Part shown: piece by piece, positions 43,737 through 56,042 of the stretch | How positions within the stretch are numbered: position 1 is the first letter of the stretch | How the letters are laid out: every line of letters starts with the position of its first letter | Assembly: GCA_946965045.2 (NCBI GenBank) | Contig: OX337238.1 | Coordinates: forward strand, 2,480,001 to 2,544,000 | Length of the DNA: 64,000 nt | Origin: Epithemia pelagica | Lineage: Eukaryota; Protista; Bacillariophyta | Direction of reading: 5' to 3' | Position numbers and translations under genes: made by a program | The notes under the pieces: generated by a model | The model's database searches: none | What the model was told of the DNA's origin: nothing | The model's input: the letters and a program-made list of their open reading frames with translations, nothing else

Positions 43737-44099
43737 GGTGCAAAGGTTGTAAGGACGACACTAATGAAGCACAGTTACTGCTTTTGGATTCGAGTCCTGT
43801 AACAAAATTCCCTATAGATTATTCTTACGTGGTTTGGAATCCCCAAGAGATTTTTTGTCCATTTTGTTAAGTGGCAAAATGGGTCACTAAAAATGTGAAA
43901 TGACCGACCATATGGTCAAAAGTAGAGGTCGCCGTCCCAAAAGAGTTTATGTCTTTTCCCACAGAAATGAACTATAGAAACAGCGTAAGTGAAAGAAAGA
44001 GTAGAGGAAGAGTACATCCAGCTATATTGTCCATGTGCGACCTAAAAACCGGACATTTGGTGAGGCTTAACTAGCACAATCTTCGGTAGGTAGAGAGAT

Positions 44100-45970
44100 C
44101 GGTCATCAGTCACCGGTCACCTCTTCAAATTGAAAAAGGATCTCGTCACGATATCATGAGATGGTAATTGATGGAACCATCGCCCATCCCCATGAAATAT
44201 AATGCAGCAACAGCAACGACGACAATGATGATCGAGTGGCCTCCCCCTTTGATGGGTGGACCGGTTGTGATCCATCATTCTCATACTCATACTGAGTTCT
44301 TGGTCGTCCTGGGAGGAAGGAATAAGGAATGAGTTCGGACATGTGACATCCTCTGTACTGGTTTTGCCCATTCCTCCTCGCCAACAGGATTTGTGGTGGC
44401 AGTATGGGCCCTCCTTGCTGGCATCCCGCTGTTCTCATGCCGCTGTCGTGTGTGGGGACTTTGTGCAGGGCGTGGGAGGATGGAATGGCACCCACGATGT
44501 CGAACGGTTGCCCGAAATCAACAATCATCCTTGGACATTCGTGTTGTCGTTATCATTGTTGTTGTTCCTTCCCATATGCTCTCCATACGAAAATGGAAGG
44601 ATGAGGAGAGACGAGAACACACAGCACAAATTACGCTGAAAGGATCCGGACGAATCACACGGGGACAACGACGACACGAACGAATCCCGTCACCACCACC
44701 ACAAACAGGACGACAAGCACTGACAGTTCTCATGACCCCTTTCAGGTTTGGCATTCCGATGAGTGAATCGGATGAATCACAACAACCGTTGAGACGAGCC
44801 CATGGGAGCGCGTGTCAAATAACTGGTCACTACTACAAGAATGTTTTTATACACCAAAGTACTTGGCGATTGTGCTGTCGCAACGGTTGATCGTAGATGG
44901 TCAAGATTGTGGAACATGCAATTTTTCAACAATCAAAGTGCAGCCAAACCAAAAATCAACAGGATCAGGAACTCCATCGATCGTCGCAAACAGAACACAT
45001 TCCACTGTTCTGTCTTGACTTTCTGCATCATGGATGCTTTGGACTGTCGCTCCTTCTCGAGCTCCTCCAACAAGCATGCTACGGTCGAGCTCTCCTTTTT
45101 CAAATCTGTTGCCAAAGATGCGACAGAGTCCTCAAGTGCCTTGATGCGCTTCTGCATTCTGTGTATCGCACGCGATCCCAACGACGACCCATCCGACGAA
45201 TCCAAATGGGAAGGACGATCAACCATAGTAAGGGCCTCTGGTGAGACATCAGGCTCCGAAGCTTGCGTTAATTTGGCCGTGGCAATCATCGCCAAAATAG
45301 TAGCTGCTGCACCTGCGTCTTTTTCTCCATTTCGCACCCACTGATGTACGGTGTTCGCCAAGGGACCCAAAATGGTCATGTGGTCAGCAAGAAAAAGCTA
45401 AACCATTGAAATCAGAGCACGATGACTTTGGTAGACCATTTCATTGTCGCTTCTACCCACTACCGAGCAAATAATATGGTCAACGTCACCATAGTCTACA
45501 ATTTGGTGGAGCACCGAATCACCCATTCGTTTGTGTTACACAAGGTGAAGTGCGTTCCCCCCAGCATGTTTGTAAACGCACTTGTTCTCAGGAAGAAAAG
45601 CAAGCACTTTGAACCCTATAGTACTCATTCTCATGACTGCGTTTTACTCAAAGTTTTAGGTTTTTCAATCGACACTTTCTACCGATCAGTTTTGCCAGAC
45701 TGGAGCAGATTACAGTGATTTTGTACTTGGCCCAAAGATTGTACTCGGCACCTGCTCAATTAGTCGACGAAAGCACCACGTATTCTTGTCAACCAAGGAT
45801 TGTGTCGCACAAGAAGCATTATGCCGTCCACGAATCAAAGCAACCCCCTTCGAGTGAACCACAGCACTGAAGGCCGAATGTGGCCCCGTTGATCGGGGAA
45901 AGGTCCACACAGTGTTTCGTCGAGTATCCAGGACTTCAACATTGCCCGCGGCTGAGAAACCTCCCATAAC
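44100..45970 (-). repeat. Inverted paralogue of 17330-18700 + 19700-19772 + 26046-26550, containing the empty site of copia element 2
   Basis: Revcomp reads gagagcatatgggaaGGAACAacaacaatgataacgac without the element. Confidence 0.85.
44880..45560 (-). pseudogene. Family C gene copy, disrupted
   Basis: TILGPLANTVHQWVRNGEKDA...coiled coil...MEFLILLIFGLAAL. Confidence 0.7.
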
Positions 45971-45973
45971 CAT
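45710..45973 (-). pseudogene. 3' fragment of a Kelch gene
   Basis: VEVLDTRRNTVWTFP...VDKNTWCFRRLIEQVPSTIFG, paralogous to the end of 16463-17597. Confidence 0.75.
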
Positions 45974-46290
45974 AAGACTGTGGTTCTAAATCCGTCTACT
46001 CCTCTCTTAGCACCTTTTGCCTCCATTGCGAGGCTTTTTGTGTTTTCGCACAAGCTCAACCATGCTTTGCGCTTTTGTTGGACTCACGTCATGACTAAGA
46101 ACTAAGAATAACAAATTGGGTCTACTAGGGATGCTTCTATTTGATGCTCTAATACATGGTCGTGTTGTATGATAGCTGGTACTGTTGTACCGCTCGAACC
46201 CAGTGACCAACCATTGCTCTGTACTGATGGTTCCCAGGGAATCGTTTCGTGCGGCCGCATCGACTGCATTTGCAGTGGTTGTTGTGTGCA

Positions 46291-47285
46291 TTAATGCTGT
46301 GAGCACTCCCCGCGCACAAACACAGTCATACTTCCCGTACTTCCACCAGACTCGTTTCCAGTATCACTGGAAGATTCGCCTGAACGGAGTAAGTCATTGC
46401 TGTCACTCTTGGGACTAGCTTGATCAGGAAAAGCAGCCGAATTGTCGTTGTTCAATTGCACGTGCTGCCATGTGATCTTAATAGCCCGAGCGAGCAATGC
46501 GACAGTGCCGAGGATCTTGGTGTCTTCCTTCATGCTAATAGCATGCGTTATACAGTTCTGCATTTCCTCGTAGATTCCGTCGATGTGCTCTTGTGCAACA
46601 GCCGTTGATGTATCTGACTTTGTTGAGAACTGAGTTGCGGTTTCTTTACCGGATTCACCTGAAACGTGACTAGTTATAGCGACGGGCAAGGAACCATCGT
46701 TTGTGGTGTTCTCTACGAGATCATCTTTCAGCTGTTGTGAAATTTTGTCAAGGCCCAGGGCGGCTATGAGGTCTGCTCTCGCTTGGGATTCTTTTTGTTT
46801 GGAGTACAACTCTGATTTTAAATCCGCCACCTCCACATGTAGAGCCGATACCTCCATTGCTTTTTCGCAGAATTGTGCTCGCATCGACTGGAACTTGTGC
46901 TTCCAGTCCTCCTTGTCTTCTTCCATGGCTTTCAACGCCTGTCTTAACGAGGCAATTTCATCGGGATCAGCGCCTGCAAAATGCCATGACGATTGATTCG
47001 ATTTTTGGTGAGACTCAACTCGCATGCACTGGACGTGGGTTTGTCAGTGAAACACTGACAATGATGAAAGTACTGACCTGATTTCTTCATCACGATTTCC
47101 ACCGGCAGTGGAATGCGTCGACCAGAGGAATGCTCGTCGTTTTCGGTAGGAGGACTATCCACGATGAGGGAAACCAGCGGGAGCAAGATGTGTTCGGTGG
47201 AGGCCGAGTGAAGACTTGCTGATGAGGAGGAACCTACCGAAAGGCCATCATCCGAAACGGTGGGCGTTTCATTCACCGCGCTCAT
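46291..47285 (-). CDS. Family A coiled-coil protein copy 4, join(47078..47285,46291..46973), ~296 aa, intact
   Basis: The same 104-nt intron as copy 1 gives a continuous frame. Confidence 0.8.
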
Positions 47286-47699
47286 GATACAGGGTGTTTC
47301 TTCCTCGCGCTGGCGCTGGCGCTATCGAATGAATGCTTTGCTACTGGGATGAAACAGGAACCAGGATTAACGGTACCATGACGATCAATCACAATCGCAA
47401 CCAAGCAATTCGTGTGCTAACACGAAATCTCCATTGGCGTCGAATGCCGTAATGGATCACGATAAGACTATGTTGCCATTCGTATTCTATGTGGGATGAA
47501 ACAGATGAGGTGTGAAGGATTGAAAGTGGCGAGTCTTGCGTGATCGTAGGAGATGCCCGCGCGATTCTCGAGAATTCGCCTTCAATATATTTTCAATATA
47601 CAATATACCCCATACGATGATATCATGAGATGATAACTGATGGAACCACCACCATCATTAGCATGGAATAAATCAGCGACCTCAACGACGACAACGACA

Positions 47700-48484
47700 A
47701 TGATGACCGAGGAGTGTGGCCTCCCCCTTTATTGGGAGGACCGTGAGGGTCTCATGCCTCGGTTGTGATCCGTCATTTTCGTGATGAGTTTCTGGTCGTC
47801 CTGGGAGGAATGAATGAGTTGGGACATGTGACATCTTCTGCACTGGTCTTACCCATTCCTCCTCGCCAACAGGATTTGTGGTGGCAGTATGGGCCCTCCT
47901 TGCTGGCACCCCGCTCTTCTCATGCCGCTGTCGTTTGTGGGGACTTTTTGTATGGCGTGGGAGGATGGAATGGCACGCACGATGTCGACACGATGGAACA
48001 GTTGCCCGTGTCATGCTTGTTCTGCAACAATGACAACCAAAACAATACACCAAACAATCATTTTTGCAAGGCACTGCCCTGTCGCTTGTCGACGCCCCGC
48101 AATGGATGTGCGGCCGTGGCCGTTCACAATCGATATGTGGTGGTGGTGGGTGGCTAATACAATGGCATCGACTACTTGTCGTCGGTCGATGTGGTGGATG
48201 CCCACACCATGACGTGTTGGACCGGTCCCTCGTTGCAAGTGCCACGGTACAAGTGTGGCGCGGCCGCACTACCAGTGTTCAACAACAAGCTTGTGGTAGT
48301 GCTGGTTATGGGTGGATGTGCCGCATCCAATCAACCCCTCGATTCCATCGAATATTGGGAGTTGGAGAATGAGCATCTAAAGACTGTCGGTTTCACGACT
48401 ACTCGAACTGGTTGGACCCTCCATCCGTTTGTACGATTGAAAATTCCTCGCTGGGCCTTTGGCATGACCGTATTATTGTCGTAG
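47700..48484 (+). pseudogene. Short Kelch-repeat pseudogene
   Basis: Kelch motifs with in-frame TGA at 47744-47746 and TAA at 48155-48157. Confidence 0.85.
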
Positions 48485-50030
48485 TCGTCGGCCGGCGGTT
48501 CGTGGCAACTGGTGGTTGCGGGTGGATGCACCGTTTCAGAACAATCCGTCTTGTCCAGTGTCGAACGTTTGACATTGGACTGGCCCGTTCCACCATTCCC
48601 CACCATGGCGTCCTCAGTTTCACCACCACAACACGACGACGACATGGCCATTGTATCTGGAGCGTCTTCTTGGTGTTGTTCTTTTTCTTGTTTGACGAGG
48701 CCACGCACCGATTGTACCATGGAACTCGTAAGGAAACCACCACACGATACGGCTCCCATTCTGATTGGAAGGGGTCTCGACTCGTGTGAAACACTATTCG
48801 AGATGAAGGATGGTCCGGATTCCACGAGCCACTGCCACGACACGAGGAGGCGTGACACCACCAAGGATTTACCGGTACGTGTGAGAATCTCTTTCTTGTT
48901 GGTCAGTTGGTCCGGTGTTTGGTGTGTCTCATTGCTTCGTTGTTGTTGTGTTCGATCCTTGTCTCATTGCTTCATTGTTGTTGTTGTGCTGCTCTTGATC
49001 CAAAACGAAAAGAATGAGAAAGGACAGGAACTAGCCGCCTTGGAACTTGCCTTTCAACGGGTCGTCACCTTGAAGGATCCGGACGAACCACACGACGACA
49101 GGAACGAATCCCGTCATCACCAGGGGACTACCATTCGTCCCATGCTGGACGACGACGACAACAGTCCAGCTGCCGCTGCATCAACAATTCCAACCACTGT
49201 CCACGCGCTCTCGTTGGACTTCGAGCACCTCCACCTGCTCGACTCGTAGAGTATAGTGTATGTGTGTGTGTTTGTGTGAATGGATGGACTGGATTCAAAG
49301 CAAAAAACCCGCCAAACACTCCACTCTTGAAAACAACAAGACGCCTCTTTTTTGGGTGAGGCGTGGTTTTTTACCATTTCTCTACGAGTGTTTGAATCGA
49401 TGACGACGATCGTTCCTGCATTCATTTTCGTTTGTGTTCCTGCGATGTTGGATGGATAATAATTGTGGAGCATGTGGATGGAACAACAAGCGCCTTACCT
49501 TTGGGATGGGGAGGTACTGTGGCATATAGTAGACCACAGAGACGAAACATTGGAAGGTATACAGTGGGCCCGAGACGAAACACGGTGACGACAAGGAATC
49601 CTCCATCGTCCAGACTTTTTGTTTGTTGTTCCAACCAAAAGAAGAAGAAAAAGAAGAAAAAGAACTGGCTCTACTGCCGGAGGAACCAAAAGGGCCAACT
49701 TATACCTCTAAACGTTTCCAATATCATGCCAGCTGTTTTTGGTATGGAACAACCATTATGTTCCATCTCAAGATGAGAAGAAAACCACAAACATGACGAC
49801 AGCAAGTACAAATCATATCCATCCACCCATTTGTGTTCCATGCAGTTTTTGATGACCCTCTCAGTTTGATCAATCCAATGAGTGAATCGGATGAACCACA
49901 ACTATCTTGAACGATCCCACGGGAGAGTGTGTCAAACAACTGGTCACTACTACAATAATTTTGTCCTCTTTAGAACGACTCTGCTGTCACAACGGTCGAT
50001 CGTACTGTCACAACAGTTGATCGTACAGGA

Positions 50031-50798
50031 TCAAGATTGTGGAACGTGAAATTTTTCAACAATTAACAGTGCAACCAAACCAAAAATCAACAGGATCAGG
50101 AATTCCATCGATGCTCGCAAACAGAACACCTTCCACTGTTCCGTCTTGACTTTCTGCATCATGGATGCTTTGGACTGTCGCTCCTTCTCGAGCTCCTCCA
50201 ACAAGCATGCTACGGTCGAGCTCTCCTTTCCCAAATCTCTTGCCAAAGATGCGACAGAGTCCTCAAGGGCCTTGATGCGCTGCTGCATTCTGTTGATCGC
50301 ACGCGATCCCAACGACGACCAATCCGATGCACCAAAGTGGGAAGGACGATCAACCATACTAAGGGGCTCTGGAGAGACATTAGGCTCCGAGGCTTGCGCC
50401 AATTTGGCCGTGACAACCAACGCCGAAATAGTCGTGGCTGCGCCTGCGTCTTTTTCTCCATTTCGCACCCACTGATGTACGGTGTTCGCCAAGGGACCCA
50501 AAATGGTCACCAGAAAGCGTCTACCAAAGTCATCGTGATCCGTTGTTTCATGATTACAATGGTGTAACTTTTTCTTGCTGACAACAACTCGCTGATGAGT
50601 CGTCTTGAACATGTTCGTTGTGGCGCGTTCCACCAGGGCAAGTCCACTTTGGCACGCAATCTGCAACATTTCATTGCCGCTTCTACCCACTACCGAGCAA
50701 ATATGGTCCAGATCACCATAGTCTACAATTTGGTGGAGCACCGAATCACCCGACCAGACTTTTGAAGCAGGCGGTGGAACGACATTCACAAATGCCAT
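50031..50798 (-). CDS. Family C protein (255 aa) with coiled coil and hydrophobic C-terminal tail
   Basis: Intact ORF, in frame with upstream ORF 50871-51659 across one TAG. Confidence 0.65.
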   Translation of the reverse strand: MAFVNVVPPPASKVWSGDSVLHQIVDYGDLDHICSVVGRSGNEMLQIACQSGLALVERATTNMFKTTHQRVVVSKKKLHHCNHETTDHDDFGRRFLVTILGPLANTVHQWVRNGEKDAGAATTISALVVTAKLAQASEPNVSPEPLSMVDRPSHFGASDWSSLGSRAINRMQQRIKALEDSVASLARDLGKESSTVACLLEELEKERQSKASMMQKVKTEQWKVFCLRASMEFLILLIFGLVALLIVEKFHVPQS

Positions 50799-50870
50799 TG
50801 CATTGAGAATCGAGCAAATAAATGAAATTGCGACATGGTCATGATGTTGTTGATAGAATGCGGAATGAAA

Positions 50871-52764
50871 CTATTTGAGAGATCGACCCAGAATTTGAAC
50901 GTACGAAAGACAGCGACGATGACCATCACTCGTGATGGTATTCGATGTAGAAAGCTTCCCAATACCTTCAGACTCTGTTCGCGGAAGGATTTCTCCAACT
51001 CGAAATTCATAATTCGCGAGTTCCAATTGACTGACACCTTGATGATGAGAAGCCAGTCGCCCAACGGATGCTGTAGCTCTCCTGTGATGGTTCATGATCT
51101 CGTCATTGACAACAATACCATCTTGACGACATTTGTTGACAATTCTCTTCCATGTCGCCCAATTGGCCTCCGAATCACCCACGTCAATCAATGACATTGT
51201 CCGCCGCAATGCTTTAATTGAGTTGCGTTGCCACTCCTGACGAGAAATTTGTTGGGAACGATACATATGGTGAACAACGGTGTAGAATATTTTCATTTCG
51301 CAAAGATTGGATACTGAACGCGCCAACACGGATAACGCCAAATGTTTACTGTCGGCCTTCACAAGTTTTGTGTAAAACGTACTCTCCAACGTCACCAAAG
51401 AACCTTGTCTGTGATGTCTTTGATGGTCATACAAGTTTCGATTTTCGTCTGATATCGACTTCGATGCGGGGAGACTTGTGGAACTACCAATCATCTTGAT
51501 AATGCGAATGCGTTCCGTATCCCACGGCGAGAGTTCACATACAGTGAGGAAACAGCAATCATACTTTTGGAAATACTCGTTTAAGCGAACAAGCAAGTGT
51601 GTCTTCTCCTCGTAAATCAATGGAAACATTTCGCATGAAACTGTTCCCCTCACCTCCAATTACAGCAATTCCTGAAGAAAAGGCGACCAAACTACAACCT
51701 TTCCGCGCCGTTGTCGCATCCAGAAGTTTCCAAACAGTGTTCCGTTGCATATCCACTACATGAACAGAAACGGGAGTGTTTGTCAAGTTATTTTTGCAAC
51801 CTCCTGCCAAAACAATGTACGATCCAACACTGACAGCATTGTAACTGGAATCAGGAAGACCAACCTCGAGGTCGTTGCGTTTTGTCGATGACGACGAGAA
51901 TGCACCAGAAACTGAAAAATAGTAGGGATGAAAGGTCAAATACTCCACCGATCTCCTTGTAGGTGATCCCCCCACAACGTAGATGCGATGATCCATAACG
52001 GATATTGCACATCTAATCCGCGGAATATGCATCTCGGCACCCGCAACGACAGTGTGTTGGGGTTTCACTCTCGTGTCAATGATGTCAACTGATGATAATG
52101 GGTCGTATCTGGTGTTGTTGGAGCCACCGACGACAACAATGTAACGGCTTTCGACGGCAACGGCCGCACATCCACTTCTTGTCGTAGTCAATCGACAGCT
52201 CAATGTCGTCCACTGGCCGCACTTGATAAGGCTTGTGGATGTGGTCCGAAGCAAATCGATAACATCAATACGTTCGATGGAATCCAACATATAGCTCTGG
52301 CTTGTTTTTCCTCCTAAAGCATACACCCTGCCATTGCAAGTCACTGCTGCATGACAGCTTCTATTCCAATTCAGGTTTGGTCCTTCTCGCCAATCACGCA
52401 CGCCTCCATTCACATTGAGAAGAATTACCGAGCCGGTCGTCCGTTGGTATTTCTTTTCTCCCCCTATAACAACGACAGTTTGTTCGGCAGTTTCCGGATG
52501 ATCAATGACCACCGAAGCATGAGAATGACGCCATCCACCTGACAAGGCAGGCCATTCGAACCATCGAGGTGAGTGGCTGCCTTTGCTTTGTCCATTCCTT
52601 GACAAGAGCACGTTGTCATGCATTGTTGCTCCGTTTGTTCTTTCAGGTTCCGGACTATTGAATGTCTGTGATCGTGGATATGTTGAATGTTGACCAATAT
52701 TTTCACACCAAAATCTCAGTTCCCCAAAATTCTTGCATAAAAGATACGACTTATTGGCGACCAA
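50871..52764 (-). pseudogene. Kelch propeller + helical 'E' domain gene with a frameshift near 51640
   Basis: Kelch blades to GIAVIGGEG, then the shifted frame TVSCEMFPL...; C-terminus homologous to 59398-59950 (FRVGE.L.RT, QxxGRSLK). Confidence 0.75.
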
Positions 52765-52980
52765 TCTATCGAATATAAACAGGTACCGCCTTTTCTCTCT
52801 CCATTCGGGACAAATTTCCTTAACGCTGAGGAATAGTTCTCATGGCTTTTTGTTTCGTTGGGCTCACAAATAATTGGCGATGGCGCACAAATTGAAAAAT
52901 CTTTTCAACTGTCAGTTGGACTTCAATCCTCGCTTTCTTGTCTTCTGGATTGAACATCCTAATCCAAATACATTACTCAC

Positions 52981-54178
52981 GTGTTGTTCGTAACAATGAG
53001 AAAAACGAAACCGGAGTGCAACATCATCAGAGGCAAACACTTGCCGATTCTCTTGCCGGTTTGTATGCTACTATGCGTCACCCTCCTTTGGAAAATGGAA
53101 GGAGACCGTCAGTCCAGTGTTGAAACTCATGAATATCTACAGACACATCTTCAGATGATGAAACCCGTGACAGTGGAAATGGCTGCTGAATTATCCAAAC
53201 GAATTTGCACTCAAAATCCGTATTTGCAGTCTCTTGCCGATCCACTCGAGACGATTGCGATCAAAATGAACGAGATGCTTACTCACGTCCGTATTGCCCA
53301 AGGAACCGAGGCCACCAAGGAAATTTATCAACTGGAAGATCATCGTCGATTCTTTCCCTTCAATCCGTTGACCAAATGCACAGACCAGCAGTGTATCGGC
53401 GGACCATGTCATTCCGATGAGAGCAAAGTCGTTTGTGGCCTCCAGCAACTCGGAGCCAATAGCACAATGACATCTTCTATTCGAAAGAATTACGCCGACG
53501 ACACGTGTGTCATTTATTCACTCGGGAGTAACAATCTGTGGGGCTTTGAACTGGATGTATTGGACAAGACACCCTGCCAAGTCCATACATTCGACTGCAC
53601 CGGTGCCCGCAGTCGCTTCAAGGTACCACAAAACCCACGATTGACCTTTCATCATGTGTGCTTGACGGCCTATCCCCGTGATCCCTCGGTACCACGTACC
53701 AAGAAGATGCCACGAGGCAAGAGTATGGTTGGAGAATCTTGGACTTTGTTGGAAATGCAACAAAAACTGGGACACAAACGAATCGATTTACTAAAGATTG
53801 ATGTGGAAGGTGCCGAAATTGGTCTCTTTCGTTCGTGGCCGCAGTTGGAACACTTGGAAGAATCGGAAAAGTTGTTGATGCCCATGCAGATTCTTGTAGA
53901 GGTACGTGATTGACTCTGTGAGACACGGAAAAAAAGTATTCGTAACCGGTTCGACATTCTCGCTCATTTTACTGGCTCGTGATTCAATGATTGAACAGGT
54001 TCATTACCATAAGACGCTTCTGAGTGCCATGGATTTGGTGGAGCTTCAGAATCATCTACTCCACATGGGTTACATTGTGGTGAACCGAGCAGATAATCCA
54101 CGATGTACTGGATGCACCGAGTTGACCCTTATGCGTGTACGATGTCCTGGAACGGGCGTTTACAATCAACTATCGTAG
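52981..54178 (+). CDS. Methyltransf_22/METTL24-like SAM-dependent methyltransferase, join(52981..53901,53999..54178)
   Basis: N-terminal TM; VIYSLGSNNLWGFE, CQVHTFDC, IDLLKIDVEGAE, QILVE|VH; in-frame GT..AG intron. Confidence 0.85.
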
Positions 54179-54456
54179 TGACAGTTCTCTCAGCATGCTA
54201 ACATTTTGATGGAAGAAAGGGGGTTGAAGATACCATCCGAAGCGTCAAAATCAAAGAATTGGGCCAACTTTTCCATCATGTCGTGTATCTTCGATGTGGT
54301 GGGTATGTTGGTAATCATGAGGAATGAATCCATGGTATGAGTCGCCGCATAAGACTGTGGTGGAGAGGCAACGAGTGCCACCTAGAAACACAAACCAAAT
54401 ATTTGATAGTCTGATTTGTTCAACACACAAGACGGATTTTTACGTTTCCAGTCATT

Positions 54457-55107
54457 TTGTGTGAATGGACAGAGAGCCAGAATGCGGTCGAACATCCAGT
54501 ACGAGACGTGCGCATAGACAACAAAATAATATCACTCCAAGAACAGTGGATAAATGCCATGCAACGCCAAGTCTTGTCACCGACCTTTTTCATGACGCAT
54601 GCCTGTGGATACGAATTGTGGACCGTCGGCAAGGCTGCTTCGGCCGAATTGGAACTCTTGGCCGAAGATGGTGATACCTCGGCCTTGGTGGCCAAGTACG
54701 CCACAGTCGAAGGTGTCTGTCAATGCGGAGCCATCGACGAGGCCGTCCCCGCGGGAGGCAGTACCTATTTGGAAGTGAATTTGGACAAGGACTGTGGTTG
54801 CATCACGACGGCCACCATGTTGGTGGGTACCAACGATGCCTACACGGGCTTTCTCAATACACCGCTCAAGGCGTTTGGCGGCTACCAACCCGTGACGGCC
54901 TTGGCCTACGATGCCGGTACCGAAGCCAATACCGAACTCTGCAAGGACATTCCTGGACCTCCCTGCAATGCCCCGGACAGCACCAATAACAACAGCAACA
55001 AAAATGCCGAAGGCTTTGTTCATGTCAGTCCCGGTATTGCCGGAAACGCGGAAGTTGGATTTGCCTATGATTGGCGTGCCACCGTCTTGTTTGGAAAGGA
55101 AGCCTAA
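54457..55107 (+). CDS. Spondin_N domain protein (5' end uncertain)
   Basis: QVLSP, LELLAEDGD, TMLVGTNDAYTG, YDAGTEANTE, IPGPPC, EGFVHVSPGI motifs. Confidence 0.8.
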   Translation: MCEWTESQNAVEHPVRDVRIDNKIISLQEQWINAMQRQVLSPTFFMTHACGYELWTVGKAASAELELLAEDGDTSALVAKYATVEGVCQCGAIDEAVPAGGSTYLEVNLDKDCGCITTATMLVGTNDAYTGFLNTPLKAFGGYQPVTALAYDAGTEANTELCKDIPGPPCNAPDSTNNNSNKNAEGFVHVSPGIAGNAEVGFAYDWRATVLFGKEA

Positions 55108-56042
55108 ATGAATATGCTGGCATTTCTTCCTTTGCGGAACTACTACTACGCGCAACATGCCAAGTTTTTTCGAATTTCCTGGACCTGTGGTATTTTGGTT
55201 GCATGAATCCTTCGTTCTTTCTTCTTCCTGTTGAATGGGATTCTGTAGTGCAATGGATCCATGGTGGTCGTCCATCGTCGTCGTTCTCGTTTTTCGTTTT
55301 TGCATGTCAATGGAACCAGTCGAGTCTGTTACTTTTCGAATCGGCCGATAATACTATATAGATTATACATGTTATCATGATTCTTGACAAGGCTGTCTTT
55401 CTTTTGTAAAAGGTGTGCATGGGATCCTATAGGGTAGGGGCATGTTGAGGATTTCTTCTTGTCACGTTCCAACCGGACGTGCCCAACCACACGTTCCACA
55501 ATCACCTTTCCATAACACTATCCTCCTTTTTTCTCTGGGACCAAAGAATGGGGACATTAATTTCTTGCGCACCGCAAAACGGGGACTTGTGATTTTTCCG
55601 TGGCAACTACATAGGAGTAACTATTAGTATATTCAAACTTCAAACGTACATAGCAAGTCGCCATGCATCTCTGATACAGCGAAACTGCGAAACAACCTGC
55701 TGGTATTCGGACCCGCAAACGGTATGTTAGTTACTACCACCCCCTCTCAAAGAGAGGCGATTGCGATTGTTGTGTGCGTTTGCCGTTCCACAAAAGTGGG
55801 TGTGAGCGGACCTGGCCTAGAAAAGGTATCGTGCGGCGACAAAAAGTATCTTGTGACGACACCAGACCCGCCTCACGTGCATTCGCGCCTGCCTCCCATT
55901 CCATGAAGCGACCCTTCCGCGATATATATGCGCGACCAACTCTCTCGTGGAAGCAACTGCGTCATTCGCGCATCATCATCGGCGTCGCTCTCTTCATCAT
56001 CATGTTGACCTCTTTTGTGCTTCCAACACACAATTGATCAGC

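Larger units (their letters stand above)
40061..43945 (+). mobile_element. piggyBac DNA transposon, 3885 bp, apparently intact
   Basis: 15-bp TIR CTCTTTTGGGACGGC; TTAA on the left, TTTA on the right; subterminal TGACCA(T/A) motifs; intact transposase. Confidence 0.93.
39944..44097. mobile_element. Small MITE-like inverted-repeat element enclosing the piggyBac
   Basis: ~40-bp imperfect IR CTCTCTA.CTACCG.AGATTG.GCTAG(TAG)TTAAGCCTCACC at 39944-39985 and revcomp 44059-44097; absent from the paralogous site near 26550-26590. Confidence 0.6.
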
